64,000 bases of DNA. It comes from Octopus sinensis. Taxonomy: Eukaryota. The stretch spans positions 47,616,001 to 47,680,000 of the forward strand of contig NC_043007.1 of assembly GCF_006345805.1 (NCBI RefSeq), read 5' to 3'. The notes under the pieces were generated by a model. The model did not search any database. It was not told the origin of the DNA and saw only the letters and a list, made by a program, of their open reading frames with translations. The translations under genes and the position numbers were made by a program. This document shows, in pieces, positions 40,689 through 54,149 of this stretch. Position 1 is the first letter of the stretch. Every line of letters starts with the position of its first letter.

Positions 40689-42673
40689 GTGTGTGTGTGT
40701 GTGTGCGTGTGCGTGTGTGGCTTTATGTATATATGTGGATTTATTGTATGTATGTATGTATATTGCATATCAACGAAACTCATTATTTAAGCGTCCAACC
40801 ACGGCTTTGAGTTAACTGTAACGCCTACAATATCCTATTGACAGATGAAAATTAGCACAACACACAGTTGGAAGCGGAAATTTAGTTTTAGTTGCTATTA
40901 ACAAAAGGAGGTCGGTTGGCAAAGTCGTTAGAACATCGGAAAGCATACGTTGTGATGTGCTCCGGATCTATGTGTCCTAAGTTCTAATCTTTCTGCCGTT
41001 CACTTTGCCTTTTATCCTTTGGAACTCATTTGAAAGGAGCTACAGCTCAGTGCTGGTACAGCCTTTTCTCTTTTTCTGGCTCATATCCTCGACTTGATGT
41101 TTTGCTGGTTCAAAGGAGGGACGCCTCAAAGGGAACCTGTGCCTACCCATGACTATATAAGCACCTAAAACATTTAGCGAAGACATGGTACGTAGTACCT
41201 CTTCAGCGACTCTTCCACCCCACGTGTCTCCTGTCATAATCGCTTGAAAAAGACGACTGTATATTTTTTTATTACTTTTGTGGAGAAGTGTGGGTGCCAG
41301 AAATAGTAGGATGCAGGATTAAATTAATTTACCTGATTTAATTCATTTATCGTCTCACCTCATACTAAACTTAAAATCTATTTGGGCCACAAGAACCGAT
41401 AATGTAAGTGCACCATGTCAATCTACAGACCCACCACCCACCGCTTACATTAACTTCACTTTTTATCTTATGCAAATATTTTTGTTTATTTCTTTAAATG
41501 TCGCCTTTCTTTTTGCTTTTGAAAAATATCTGCTGCTGACTGCTATTTTTACACAACTGGGATTTAAATGACTTGACCAGAAATAGAATAAAATACAAGC
41601 GATTCGAGAGAAAGTACATGCTGTCCAGCTTGGAAGTCGACATCTTATCAATTTAACTGTCCACGACTTTCTCTATTTATATAGCATTAAAAGAATATAA
41701 TACATTGTTGTTATAATTGCTGCTATTGAGATTGCTGTCGTGTTTAACCCAGGTCAGCCCTCATCGAGCAGACTTATGATCAAAGACGTATTAATATACA
41801 TTTCATTTGCTTTATTATTATACTGCTTATTAAGAAACTTATTAAATAATAGCATTTCTTATTGATAGACAGTACTGCATCTGGATATTAAATATATAGT
41901 ATTTTATCTGGATATTTACTTACACTCTTTCAAATAAGCAGATTAATAAACAGTGTTACATTTTCGTAATACGCGTTCCAGAGAAATAGCCATAACACTC
42001 TTGTGTAGACAACTTGAAAAACAAGAAAACTTCAGAAATTATCATTGGCCAATGGATATTCCGTTAGAAAGAGGTTAGAGTAATTGGTTAAATAACATTA
42101 TCAGACATTACAAGTTTTATTTAAAAATAAAGCTTTTGAAGAAACGAATGGATGTAGCGCTCAACTCTAACAGACTGTACATAATACAGGAAATTATGTG
42201 GGTTACATAATATCAGAAGGAAGCTGAAATGGTTTTGATGCACATGCTTTGTGATGTATTTATGTAGCTAAGAGTAAGATAATTTATCATAGTTTGTTGA
42301 GCTGAAAATAGTCCTTATTCAGTTCAAATTATACCCGTAATCAAAAGAAACATTGAAAGCGTTAGAACATCGAAATGACTATTGAAATAACAACAGGGTA
42401 AATAAATCTCAATAAAAATATTGATATATTCTACGTATTTCCCCCAGAGATTAATCATGTTCTTTGAAAGCATATACAAAAGTACAACTCCGACATCAGC
42501 GGAAAGCAGACGGCCTATTAAGAAAAAGTTCTTATTATATCCTCCTTGAGGCTGCCAGAAAGCAAAGTTGGTATATAACGAAACGATCAAAATATTGAGT
42601 AAAAATCTCAGGACGAAAAGGAGTCTCTGTTTCTGTTCTCTAAAAACTTGATTCATGTCTGAGGAAATATAAT

Positions 42674-43087
42674 GAGTGGCTGTGTGTTAAGTAGCTTGCT
42701 TACCAACCACATGGTTCCGGGTTCAGTCCCACTGCGTGGCATCTTGGGCAAGTGTCTTCTGCTATAGCCCCGGGCCGACCAATGCCTTGTGAGTGGATTT
42801 GGTAGACGGAAACTGAAAGAAGCCTGTCGTATATATGTATATATATATATATGTGTATGTGTGTGTGTGTATGTGTGTTTGTATGTCTGTGTTTGTCCCC
42901 CTAGCATTGCTTGACAACCGATGCTGGTGTGTTTACGTCCCCGTCACCAAGCGGTTCGGCAAATGAGACCGATAGAACAAGTACTGGGCTTACAAAGAAT
43001 AAGTCCCGGAGTCGATTTGCTCGACTAAAGGCGGTGCTCCAGCATGGCCGCAGTCAAATGACTGAAACAAGTAAAAGAATAAAAGAA
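42674..43087 (+). mobile_element. SINE family A, complete copy
   Basis: Complete head TGGCTGTGTGTTAAG...GGGTTCAGTCCC, internal microsatellite and tail GAAACAAGTAAAAGAATAAAAGAA. Confidence 0.93.
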
Positions 43088-44423
43088 CGTGTCTTTATCT
43101 ATTTTGACATGTGTGCATCTTATTTTTTACTTCCAAGTATCATTGTATATTCTCATAGCATCGCTCTAAACTTGAATATATTCATTTTTATTGAGCTCTT
43201 TGCTAAAGCGTGGTATGAAAGATATTATTATGTGGGGTGGTGGGTATAGTAATCCAAAATTTCAGAGTATACTGTAAAATTACTGCCAACGAATTAGAGA
43301 ATATGAGGGTGATCATAAATGTGTAGTATAAGGAGATAAATATCAGGACATGGCAACACAAATCATTGCATTGTGTGTGCGTGTGTGTACGTATAGATAG
43401 ATACATACATACACACATACATACATGCATACATACATATGTACATGTTTGTATGTATGTATTAACTATCTATTTATCTTTTTATCTATCGATACGAACG
43501 TAGACACACACACACATACACACACAAATACACACACACACACATAATGCAATAAATTGTGTTGCCATTTCCTGATAATTATTTCCTTATACCACACACT
43601 TATGATAGCCCTCATATGCTCTAATTCGAATGTGTGTGTGTGTGTGTGTGCATGTGTGTATGTGTGCGTGCGTGTGTGTGTATGTGTGTGTGTGTCTCTG
43701 TGTGTGTGTCTGTGTGTCTGTGTATGTGTGTGTGTGTGTTCAAGTCTTATCGTTTCATGTTGTTGTTTTTTTTTATTTCGCCTTTGCGTATTTTCTTAGT
43801 TTTTTTATTGTCAGTTTGCAACAATAGATTTCCTGAATTCACATTCGACGTTTCCAGACTTTCGCAGTCTCATTTTCACGAATTAAATATACTTGCGTTT
43901 ATGTTCTTTCTTATATACCGGTTGAATTCATATAGAGTTCTTTTTCCATCTCTAGATTCCTGCAGTCACGTCTTGATTTGTTTGTTGTGATCAAATAAGT
44001 ACACAAATAACACATACACATCAAAAAAATTAACACGTGACTACTGGCATGAACCCCTGCAGTCAAACGTTCGACAGTAGCAGTGGAGGTTATAGCGGTA
44101 GAAGATAGCATTTTGTAGCATTTGTTGTTTAAGCCTCAACCGGCCTCGATCGAGCAGAACTTTTGCGACCAAAGACATTCTGACTGTGACCATCACTTTT
44201 CTCTTATGTGCTAGAAACCCAGCAGCCCAGATCATAAAAACTGTTCGGATCTTTTGTTTGGTTACACCTGTGGACATTTTAAAGTTGAGTGAGAATTTTT
44301 AAATTTGTTATGTTGATGTAATTTTCCACGCTGAATCTCAGGAGATATTTAACTTTCTAGAAAAACTTTTGTAAGACGGCTGGATGGTATCTGAGAGAGG
44401 GTGGCTGCTATTTCTGACACCGA

Positions 44424-44782
44424 CGTCGAGGGTTCCAGTTGATCCGATCAACGGAACAGCCTGCTCGGGAAATTAACGTGCAAGCTGCTGAGCACTCCAC
44501 AGACACGTGTACCCTTAACGTAGTTCTCGGGGAGATTCAGCGTGACACAGAGTATAAGGCTGGCCCTTGGAAAATACAGGTACAACAGAAACAGGAAGAA
44601 AGAGTGAGAGAAAGCTGTAGTGAAAGAGTAGAGCAGGGTTTGCCACCACCCCCTACCGGAGCCTCGTGGAGTTATATGTGTTTTCGCTCAATAAACACTC
44701 ACAACGTCCGGTCTGGGAATCGAAACCACCATCCTACGACCGCGAGTCCGCTTCCCTAACCACTGAGCCATTGTGCCTCCAC
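44424..44782 (-). mobile_element. SINE family D head (44587-44782) joined to a different repeat segment
   Basis: Minus strand GTGGAGGCACAATGGCTCAGTGGTTAG...TTTCGATTCCC. Matches 46617-46831 up to AGAAACAGGAAG, then diverges. Confidence 0.8.
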
Positions 44783-45645
44783 GTTTCTGACACCACGTAA
44801 AGGCTCCCTCGTTGACTCCTTTATGGTGGTTGTCGGTGTGGCTTCTTTTCTTGATTAAAAATGCTATAATAATAACTTGCTATTAATCTATTTCCCTATT
44901 ATAACCATTATTACTAACGACAGCTTAAACACAAAATAAATAAACAAATAAACATATTTCTACATGAAATTCATACAAAATTCACTCTCACCATTTACAC
45001 TTTTTTCGGATTGCTTTTGTATTTTTCTTTATTTATTATTTATATATTTATTTATTTATTACTATTATTGTTATTTTTATTTATTTATTCATTCGTTTAT
45101 TTATTTATTATGATTAGCTTTTTTATTTATATATTATTATTATTAACTTTTTTATTTATTTATTATTATTATTATTATTTATTTTCTTATTTATTTATTC
45201 ATTATTATTAACTTTTTTATTTATTTATTTATGGCAGAATTACTTTTATCAAACTGAATTAATAAATGTAATTATCTTCGGTGCATCTCTTGTCATATTT
45301 CATTCTTCCCAAGTTTTATAATTTATGATTTCCAACCCTAATCCTCATCCCCATTATCCCCGCCTTTATTTCATATTTCTTATTGTTTGATTATGACGAT
45401 GGTGGTGGTGGTGGTGGTGGTGGTGGTGGTGGTGGTGCTGCTGCTGCTGCTGCTGCTGGTTGTGGTTACGCCGGTGATCAAGACGACGGCGACAACCACA
45501 AGGATGATAATAATGATCAGGTGGAGAAAGGAAGAAGAGTAGGTGGTGGTGGTGGTGGTGGAGGAGTTGTAGTAGTAGTAGTAGTAGTAATAGTAGTAGT
45601 AGCAGCAGCAGTAGTAGTAGTAGGAGGAGGAGGAGGAGGAGAATA

Positions 45646-46400
45646 CTGGCAGAATCGTCAGAGTGGTGAAAATCTCTTGCATTATTTCTTCCCGCTCTTT
45701 ACTTTCAGAGTTCAAATCCGACTGAGGTCAACTTTGCCATTCATCGTTTCGGGGTCGGTTAAAATAAACTACCAGTGAACTACTGGAGTCCACGGTATTG
45801 ATTACTCCTCCCCCCCCCCGCCCGCCACCTTCCCTCAGAATTGATGGATTCCTGCGTAAATTTGACAGCGTTATTTTTATTGCTGTTTTCAGGGCATGTG
45901 ACTATTGTAGAAAGCATTATTATTGTTGTTATTGCTAAGACAGCGAACTGGCAGAGTTGTTAGCACGCTTGACGAAATGCTTAGCAGTATTTCGCTCCTC
46001 GCTACGTTCCGGGTTCAAATTGCGTCGAGATCGACTTTGCCTTTGATCCTTTTGGCGTTGATAAATTAAGTACCAGTGAAATTCTGGAGTCGATGTAATC
46101 GACTAGTCTCCTCCCCTAATGCTTCGGGCCTTGTGCCTATAATAGAAAGGATTATTATTTATTGTTGTTGTTTTTTTAAGGTGGCGAGCTGACAGACTCG
46201 TTAGCACGCCAGGCAAAATGTTAAGCGATATTTCGTCCATCTTTACATTCTGAGAACAAATTCTGCCGAAGTCGATTTCGCCTTTTATTTTTTCGGTTCG
46301 ATAAAATAAGTACCGGTTCAGTGCTGGTATCAATGTAATCGACTTGTCCCCTCTGCTGAAATTTCAGGCCTTGCTTCTATAGCAGAAAAGATTATTATTA
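45646..46400 (+). mobile_element. Three head-to-tail SINE family B copies separated by (ATT)n/(GTT)n
   Basis: Heads CTGGCAGAATCG (45646), CTGGCAGAGTTG (about 45947) and GGCGAGCTGACAGACTCG (about 46183), each followed by the GTTCAAAT/GCCTTTCATC-type core. Confidence 0.8.
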
Positions 46401-46525
46401 TTGTTACTGCTGTTTTTGTTACCGTTCTTGTTCCTGTTGTTGCTTTTGCTGCTACTTTCGTTGTTATTGTTGCTTTTGTTGTTGTTGCTGCTGCTGCTGC
46501 TGCTGCTGTTGTTACTTTTTTTCTT

Positions 46526-46831
46526 TTACGCCCTTTTCAAGCCTAGCCAGGCTCATGGGCCCGGTTTCCCGGTTTCTATGGCGTATGTGTCCCCCCTCAG
46601 CTGTACGGGACACCAGTCCATCGCAGTGTTATTCAAGAAACAGGAAGAAAGAGTGAGAGAAAGTCGGGGCGAAAGAGTACAACAGGAGTCGCCACCACCC
46701 CCTGCCGGAGCCTCGTGGAGCTCTAGGTGTTTTCGCTCAATCAACACACACAACGCCCGGTCTGGGAATCGAAACTACGATCCTCCGACCGTGAGTCCAC
46801 TACCCTAACCACTGGGCCATTGCGCCTCCAC
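46526..46831 (-). mobile_element. tRNA-headed SINE family D, complete
   Basis: Minus strand GTGGAGGCGCAATGGCCCAGTGGTTAG (A box)...GTTTCGATTCCC (B box); tail GGCTTGAAAAGGG. Confidence 0.88.
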
Positions 46832-47837
46832 TGTTGTTACTACTGCTGCTATTTTCTTGTACTTGTTGAATATTGTAAACTCTAATCACTTCAAACTTCG
46901 TATACTTTGGATTGAAAGTGAAGAGAATGCAGCGAAATTTGAAAAGAAAAAAAAAGGAAAAAAACTTATAAGCCAGGAAAATATTCTCTGCGTTTTTGTG
47001 CATAATTATCCAAGGACTTTAGTTGAGATTTGTATCAATATAAAAGCCATCATTCGTGAATGTTGTTCTCTTTATTTGTTATTGTTATTGCATGTGATTG
47101 TCGTTGTTTGTTTTATTTTTTCTGCTAAATTTTATTATCGACTGCTAACATTGTTGGTGAGCCATAAAGAAAACAAATGCTGACCACTTCACTGTTTTAT
47201 TGCGATGTAACCATTAATCTTTGAGTTAGCGACAACAGTAAGAAGAGAAGAGCCTGATGATAACAATACTTTGGTTTTAAAGTCTCAATTGTCTGCACAC
47301 TAATTATAGCAACGCTGTTGACGTCAACGACAACAACGACGTCAACAAAAACAACAACTACTGCTGACGGCAATAACAACTGCATTTTAACTGCCAGAGT
47401 AACTGTAAAAGTAATCACAACAATGGCTGAGAAAAATAAATCAACTACATCATAACAATGGGCAGACAACCTATGAGAGAATCTATGCGGCCACTCAGTC
47501 AAATCACACCCTACCGTCTTTAAAAGAACGAAGAAACATATTTGAATACTGTAATTCTGGGTACATTAAGCAGGAAGAAGACGGATGGTCTCGGTTGGAA
47601 CTTTAAATCAGCAATGGAAAGTCGACACTCGAGACAGGAGCTTCGTCTACCTACCTACATGTCAGAGGTCAGATCGGTCAGAGCTGAGCTGAAACCAAAT
47701 AACAACAACAGCAACAACAACAAAAGCAACAGCAAAACAGTGACAACAGCAGCAATGATAACAACAACAGCAATAATGGAGAGCGCTATAGGCAGGTGTG
47801 TTATTCTTGATTAGGTAAGAATGAAAGCCAATAGTGA

Positions 47838-48110
47838 AACTGCACAAGTGCAGGTAACAGGAAAAGCTGCACACATCCAGTATCATATAGGTCACAGAAT
47901 CTACAGCACGCAATCTGCAATGGAATGCACATATTCTGCAATAACTGCACCAGTTCTGAAATGGACTGCACAAATTCTACAGTGGATCGCACAAGCTCTG
48001 AATTGGAATACACAAGAACAGGTAATGTAACATGATTCACAAAATAAGTTTTGCAATGGAATCAGCTGTAGAGGTATGATGATCAATTGTACAAGTTCTA
48101 CAGTACACGG
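47838..48110 (+). repeat. Degenerate 21-bp minisatellite (consensus near CTGCACAAGTTCTGCAATGGA)
   Basis: Units such as CTGCACCAGTTCTGAAATGGA, CTGCACAAATTCTACAGTGGA and TCGCACAAGCTCTGAATTGGA. Confidence 0.7.
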
Positions 48111-48705
48111 CATATGTACATACAAGAAAATCAAAAGTAGAGCGACGACAATAAAAGTTGGGACAATGTTGATTACAAAGAACTTCACAAGTAGTCATTC
48201 CTCTAGCTAGGAATAGTAGCCAATCTCATTCATATCATACTCTGCTATCTTGAAACAAGAAAAAAAAACACGATATACTTGTTGATATGTGGGTGGGGAA
48301 AGGCCAAGATAGTTATAACTCTGCTCGAATGAGGTTATTTACTGCTAAGCAAAAAAAAAAGAAACTATTGGAACAGTAGGAAAAAGACGGTAAATTTCAA
48401 GATACAGAAGTTGAACGATTGACTCAGGGTTGCTAGATGTGATAACTTGAGAACTATATGCTTTGCAGCTTACGACAGATATAACTAATGTAGGAGACGT
48501 CTAAACCCAATTCAAAATTGAAACAGTAGTAAAGGGAACGTTTGGGCGGAGAGTATAACTATTGGCTGTTTTGTGGTTGTAGACCAACCTGAATTGAAAA
48601 AAAGTAGCTATAATTCTACTAGCATTTTTTTTTTTTTGTTGCCTTTCGTGTTCTTTTCTGTACAGTATCCTGAATTACATTTATATATTTAGAGCGTTTA
48701 AAAGT

Positions 48706-48792
<87 letters not shown>

Positions 48793-48911
48793 GTTGAAAA
48801 AATATTAGAGATCTGTACAAATCAAATTTTTATATATAAAAAAGATGGAGGTGGAAATAGACATTTCAGTATAAGAGAGAATTTAATAAAAGATTATATA
48901 AATAAAAATAC

Positions 48912-48953
48912 TAATGTTACCGGTTTCGATGTTTTTCATCTTATCAAATATTA
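48912..48953 (-). ncRNA. Decayed minimal hammerhead at the 3' end of a Penelope fragment
   Basis: taatat-TTGATAA-gatg-aaaaa-catc-GAAAC-CG-GTA-acatta. Stem II is perfect, stem I pairs 5 of 6, and C3 and G8 are mutated. Confidence 0.65.
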
Positions 48954-49639
48954 TTAAAAATTTATTAAAAATTTGAAAACTTTGAAGTAAAAACAGTCTA
49001 TCTTCTGTCTGGTGGTCAAGAACATGTCTGGAGATTTTTCGCTGAAGATTTCTTTAAATATAGTTTGGTGTAGAGTTCAAAGTGTTAGAGAGTGAGAGAA
49101 GAGATGTCTATTGCCTGTCAAGGTAGTGGCTAAAAAGCATGAATTGAATGGGTTTTATGTCCACCTGTGTGTGTGTATTCTATTGAATGTCTTTCAATAT
49201 ATTTTGGAAAATGGCCAGCTGTGAGTTGATGGGTGTGTATGTTGTGAAGAATTTCTCTTGTTGAAAAAAAGAATTAGGATTTTTCTTTGGATTAGATGCA
49301 TTCTTTTGGGTGGTTCCACCTGTAAGTGTGTGGTCGCGAGCTGTGTGTATGTGTGTTTTTGTGATGTTTTCTTTTTTGTGAATGTGTGTATATATGTGTG
49401 TTTGTGTGTAAGTTTGTGTATATATAAAGTTGTGTGTGTGCGTGTACTTGTGTGTATTTTTTGTGATGTTTTCTTTTTGTGTATGTGTGGATGTTTGTCT
49501 GTGCGTGTGTGCTTGTATGAGTGTGTTTGTGTGTGTGTGTGTGCGTGTGTGCGTTTATGTGTGTGTGCTGGCATATATGTATATCGAAAAAAGATTTAGG
49601 AGATGATGGGAAGTATTTTTATAAAATTATATGTATAAA

Positions 49640-50215
49640 TTGTTGAAAATTGTTTTTAAGTGTCTGTTCTTATATATTAGTTGTGGTTGGGTCTATATTT
49701 AATTGTGGCTTAGTCTTTGTTGTTGATTGAAGGAATCTGAGCACTTGTAGACGGGAAATATTTTGAAATTAGGTAAAGCCATTCCTGTACATGTTGCAAT
49801 GTGGTTACTTAAAGGAATTTTCCTTGTGGTTTTGTCTCGGATCTGCTGACGATGGGTCGTCATTCTGTTGCGTAACGATCCACCCGTCTGACCTATGTAA
49901 TTATGTTGGCAACCATTGCATGTGATTACGTAGATCAGGATTTCCGTGTTGCAGGTGAAATTGGACTTTGACTTTGAAGGTTTGGCTATCTTTGAATTTA
50001 AATTCTGGTCCATCAATTAGGTAAAGGCATGTACCGCAATTTGTTCTCCCGCATTTTGTGACCGTTGAGTTTGGGGTTTCTTTGTGTGATTTTGCTCCAA
50101 TGAGAATGAGTTTTAATGTTATGGACTGCCTTTTACTTTTGATGATTTCTTGTTTTTCTAAGATTTTCTATATTTCGGTGTTCCTGGGATTGAAGGCTGA
50201 CACGAATGGTAAGAC
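49640..50215 (-). mobile_element. Penelope-like element: RT thumb end, Cys motif and GIY-YIG endonuclease
   Basis: LPFVSAFNPRN, IIKSKRQ, VTKCGRTNCGTC, then NFTCNTEILIYVITCNGCQHNYIGQTGGSLRNRMTTHRQQI...LSNHIATC. Confidence 0.9.
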
Positions 50216-50332
50216 ATTCTTCTTTCTTTTGTTTTGTTTTTTTTGTTTTCGTAAGTTCATTGATACACACGCATACAAACACACACACATTATTATATAT
50301 ATATATTACAACAAAAATTTTATACCTTGGAC

Positions 50333-50400
50333 ATAGAGTTACCCATGGTTTCGCATCCACAAAGCAAAGCCTTGTGGACAGCTCGTCAGCGTCAGACTAT
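50333..50400 (-). ncRNA. Type I hammerhead with intact core and long stem II
   Basis: atagt-ctgacg-CTGACGA-gctgtccacaaggc-ttt-gctttgtggatgc-GAAAC-catg-GGTA-actcta. Predicted cleavage between 50340 and 50339. Confidence 0.75.
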
Positions 50401-50554
50401 ATAAATACAAAATTTAAAATATCTACGTCGCAGACGTGAGGAAACACTCAGAACTCGAGGAATACGTCTTAACAAAAAACCGATAATGAAGACGGGTTAT
50501 CTCCCAGAATCAAAGTGGGTGGGAACCCTTACAGACCCGAAGAGGCCTAACTAA

Positions 50555-50755
50555 CAACCGGGGAGATCCAATTTTCCAGTAAGTAGCACTTGAAGCGGAT
50601 ACATTTAGAAAACACTTCTTTACGGCTGCTTAATGCGCCAGATTTCTTATTGTCATTAAGAATATAGGCTCTCCCCACGATGCAGATCTTGCAACGGCCA
50701 CTGCCATTAGTATACGAACCCGGATGATCAATTAATTTTTTACAACGGTCACATC
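50555..50755 (-). mobile_element. Penelope-like C-terminal fragment (second family)
   Basis: KLIDHPGSYTNGSGRCKIC...AYILN...SSRKEVFSKCIRFKCYLLENW; hammerhead about 150 nt downstream. Confidence 0.65.
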
Positions 50756-51736
50756 CACTAGACAGACAGACAGACACACACACACACAGATAGATAGATA
50801 CATACATACATACATACATACATACATACATACATACATACATACATACATACATACATACATACACACACACATACATACATACATACATACATACATA
50901 CATACATAGGTATACGCTCGTAACGAACTGGAAGAATGAGCAATTATCAGCGGGAATATGGATAAACAAATCTTTCAATAGATTTTACGTTAACATTCTG
51001 GTTTCATTTAGGGTTTCATGCTAAGGAAATTCATCATTTATTCAACCAGAATTCACATCACAAATTACTCTCTGCCACTGTATGTGTGCGTGTATGAATG
51101 TGTGTGTGTGTCTCTGTGTGTGCATGTGCGTGTGTGTGCGTGTGTGCGTTATTAATGTTTGTATTGACGTTAAAGTTATATATAGTAACATATGAACCTT
51201 ACATTGAAGGATCATTCAATACTTTTTTGCCGAGTGCCCCATTTATAAAGAGTTGACATTGACTTCTGTTCCTTATTCAGTTCAATATTGTGCCTTTACT
51301 GGAGTGTGTAGTCTTTTGGATTCCTTCATACTTTCCTACTGTTTCTAATAGTGCATCTCCTTTTAACGGTCTCTAAGTAATCCGTCTGCTTTTTCCCTAG
51401 TCTCTCTGCCTGCGTTTTACTTTGGCATAGTATATGAGAGGTCAATTAACGTGTTTGCCAATATATTATATAGATGTTTTAACATTCCTCTCACGAAATT
51501 ATGTTACTGCCAAACTGTCGATCACAAGCATCTTACCTGCTTGTTTTGCTGTTTCCTGTTGTTTTAGTTGCTTAGTTTCTTTGTTTATTTTTTATTCTAT
51601 GTAATGATTCTGAACTATCGGATGCGTTCATTGTAATTCATCATATTTCATTCCGATATTGTACTTTATTGTATTTTGTATGTAGACACTCACACATACA
51701 TACATAGATACATACATACATACATACATACATACA

Positions 51737-51769
<33 letters not shown>

Positions 51770-51877
51770 GTATATATATATATATATCATATACATATAT
51801 ATGTGCGTGTATTTTTTCAATGAATCAGATATGTATTTAATTTCTCTCCACCTCTCTCTCCCTCTCTCTTTCCCTTA

Positions 51878-51929
<52 letters not shown>

Positions 51930-52307
51930 TACACACACGCACGCACAAACACACACACACATTTTTCTCCTCTCTTGTCTGATCTTGTCTGATTGATTCA
52001 TTTCGTTTTCGCTCCTTATATGTATTTATCAGCATGATTTATTATTGTAAAGTGGTTATGGAGCATTGGAAAATATCCAACATCTATGGCAACGTCCTTG
52101 GAAACCCGAGGTATGTGGCCGTTTGCTCTTCAAGAAATAGAAGCAAATCTCTGTCAAGTCACACATTATCATCTACAAAAAAATTGAATACACATACATT
52201 GGACAATGTAGTCCCTGGTATATAAATAAAACACCGAGCTGGTTGTCCCTGGGAAGTCTGTCGTTATAGCTCTGCTCCATCAAAACTGACTTGCTGCTAG
52301 ACAATCT

Positions 52308-52641
52308 GAGACCCCCTTCGGTCACAACACAGACCATGGGATTGCACCTAGAAAGTTACCCTCCCAGGCACAAGTCCGGGCAAGGCTGTATATGGAAGAC
52401 CAGCAGTCGCCCATGCATACCGGCCTCTCCTCTCCACACCACTGATGTTATCCAAGGGAAAGGCAAAGGCCGATACAGCTTGGCACCTGTGACGTCGCAA
52501 CTCATTGCTACAGCTGAGTGAACTGGAGCAACGTGAAATAAAGTGTCTTGCTCAAGAACACAACACGCAGCCCGATTCGGGATTCGAGCTCATAACCTCA
52601 CGATTGTAAGCTCGACACTCTAACCACTGAGCCATGCGCCT
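52308..52641 (-). mobile_element. SINE family C copy
   Basis: Closely matches 10254-10592. Confidence 0.9.
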
Positions 52642-52664
52642 TCACAATAACAACAATAATAACA

Positions 52665-53460
52665 AATTAACGTTCGAATTGGCATTGTTAACATTTTTAG
52701 CATACACCTTGAGGTCATTTACGAAGAAACTATGGGTTACGTTGATATATCTAACAGCTGCAGACCGAAACATGTAGCCATTTCATTTTTGTAGCAGGAA
52801 TGATAATAGATTTAATATCAAAATGAGCAGCATTACAGAGAGACGTATCTGACTCTCCTTGGAATATTCCCTTTAAGATATTTATAACATTGGAGATTAT
52901 CGACCCGCTCTCAGTTCTAAGTGTAAGAATTGTTTCCCAGATCTTTGTGAGCCTATCACTGGCAACAATTAAGATAGCAGGCACTTTTGTCAAATGGAGA
53001 CACTTCGGCAGCTATGAGTGAGGAATGGAGTCAAGTGCCTGCCTATAATCAAGTCGTACTGTTGTAAGGGTCCTGTGATTTTTTTTTCACATCAGACAGT
53101 ACACCTTTGTATATCAAAAGTTGTTCGGTACATCTCTATACTCCCTTCTTTTCACCGACCTGCTCATCAGTCACTATGTTGTTGGACTCAGAGAAATAGG
53201 TTGAGGCAGCGTGTAAACAGTCTATACATAATGCTTACGCAAGCAATGAGCCTGTAGTTTTCAGCCAGCTCGGTGATTTCATTCTTTGCTACAAGATTTG
53301 TCCGTGCTGTAGCAAGACAATTTCTTCGGACAATCTGATCATCCATAGCGCTTCTGAATATACATATTAGTTGTTTCCCGTAAAATATCAGTCTTTTGTA
53401 CCAGTATCCAGCTATTTGTTCCCTTCCAGGTGCTTCCCATTATGTATCTACTTGTGGCTG
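52665..53460 (-). mobile_element. R4/Dong-clade RT internal fragment (decayed)
   Basis: WEAPGREQIAGYWYKRL, AENYRLIAC, LDYRQALDSIPHS, ILKGIFQGES, THSFFVNDLKVYAK. Confidence 0.75.
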
Positions 53461-53948
53461 AACATATATATGTATTTACGTATGTATATAAGGCATAAAT
53501 ATTTTCAATTTACGACAGCCTAAATCATTGACCGCTCATTCTTTCACTAATTCGTATTTATTTCGGTAAGAACGTGTAGATGAGATACCTTGCTAATGTC
53601 TTCAGATAAATTGATTACTTGGTTCTATTTCGGGTGATAAATTTGGCTGCTACAAAAACAAAATACAGAGAACATCTATTTGTTTACATTGCAAGTAATT
53701 ATACTAAAGTGTTTTGCCTCTGTAAATAGAGAGGGAGGTGGGGAAAAATAATGAAGGAAGGAATGAATGAACGAATGATCGAATGAAAGAATGGTAGAAT
53801 AGAAGGTTAAAGGAATAAAAATAAAGAACTAAATCAAGCGTTTTAATTGATTTCATCGTCGAACTTCTGTTTTCTTGTTTTCTACATATGCTTATGCACA
53901 CACAAACTATACACATATACGTGTTATATATATATATATATATACGTG

Positions 53949-53984
<36 letters not shown>

Positions 53985-54112
53985 GCGTGTGTAAGCATAT
54001 GTACTATGTATGTAATAAATGTGTGTATGTGTGTGTGTGCGTGCGTACGAGCACGAGCATTGCATGTGTGCCTTTGCCCGCACGCTATCATGCATAGTTA
54101 CACACAACACAT

Positions 54113-54149
<37 letters not shown>

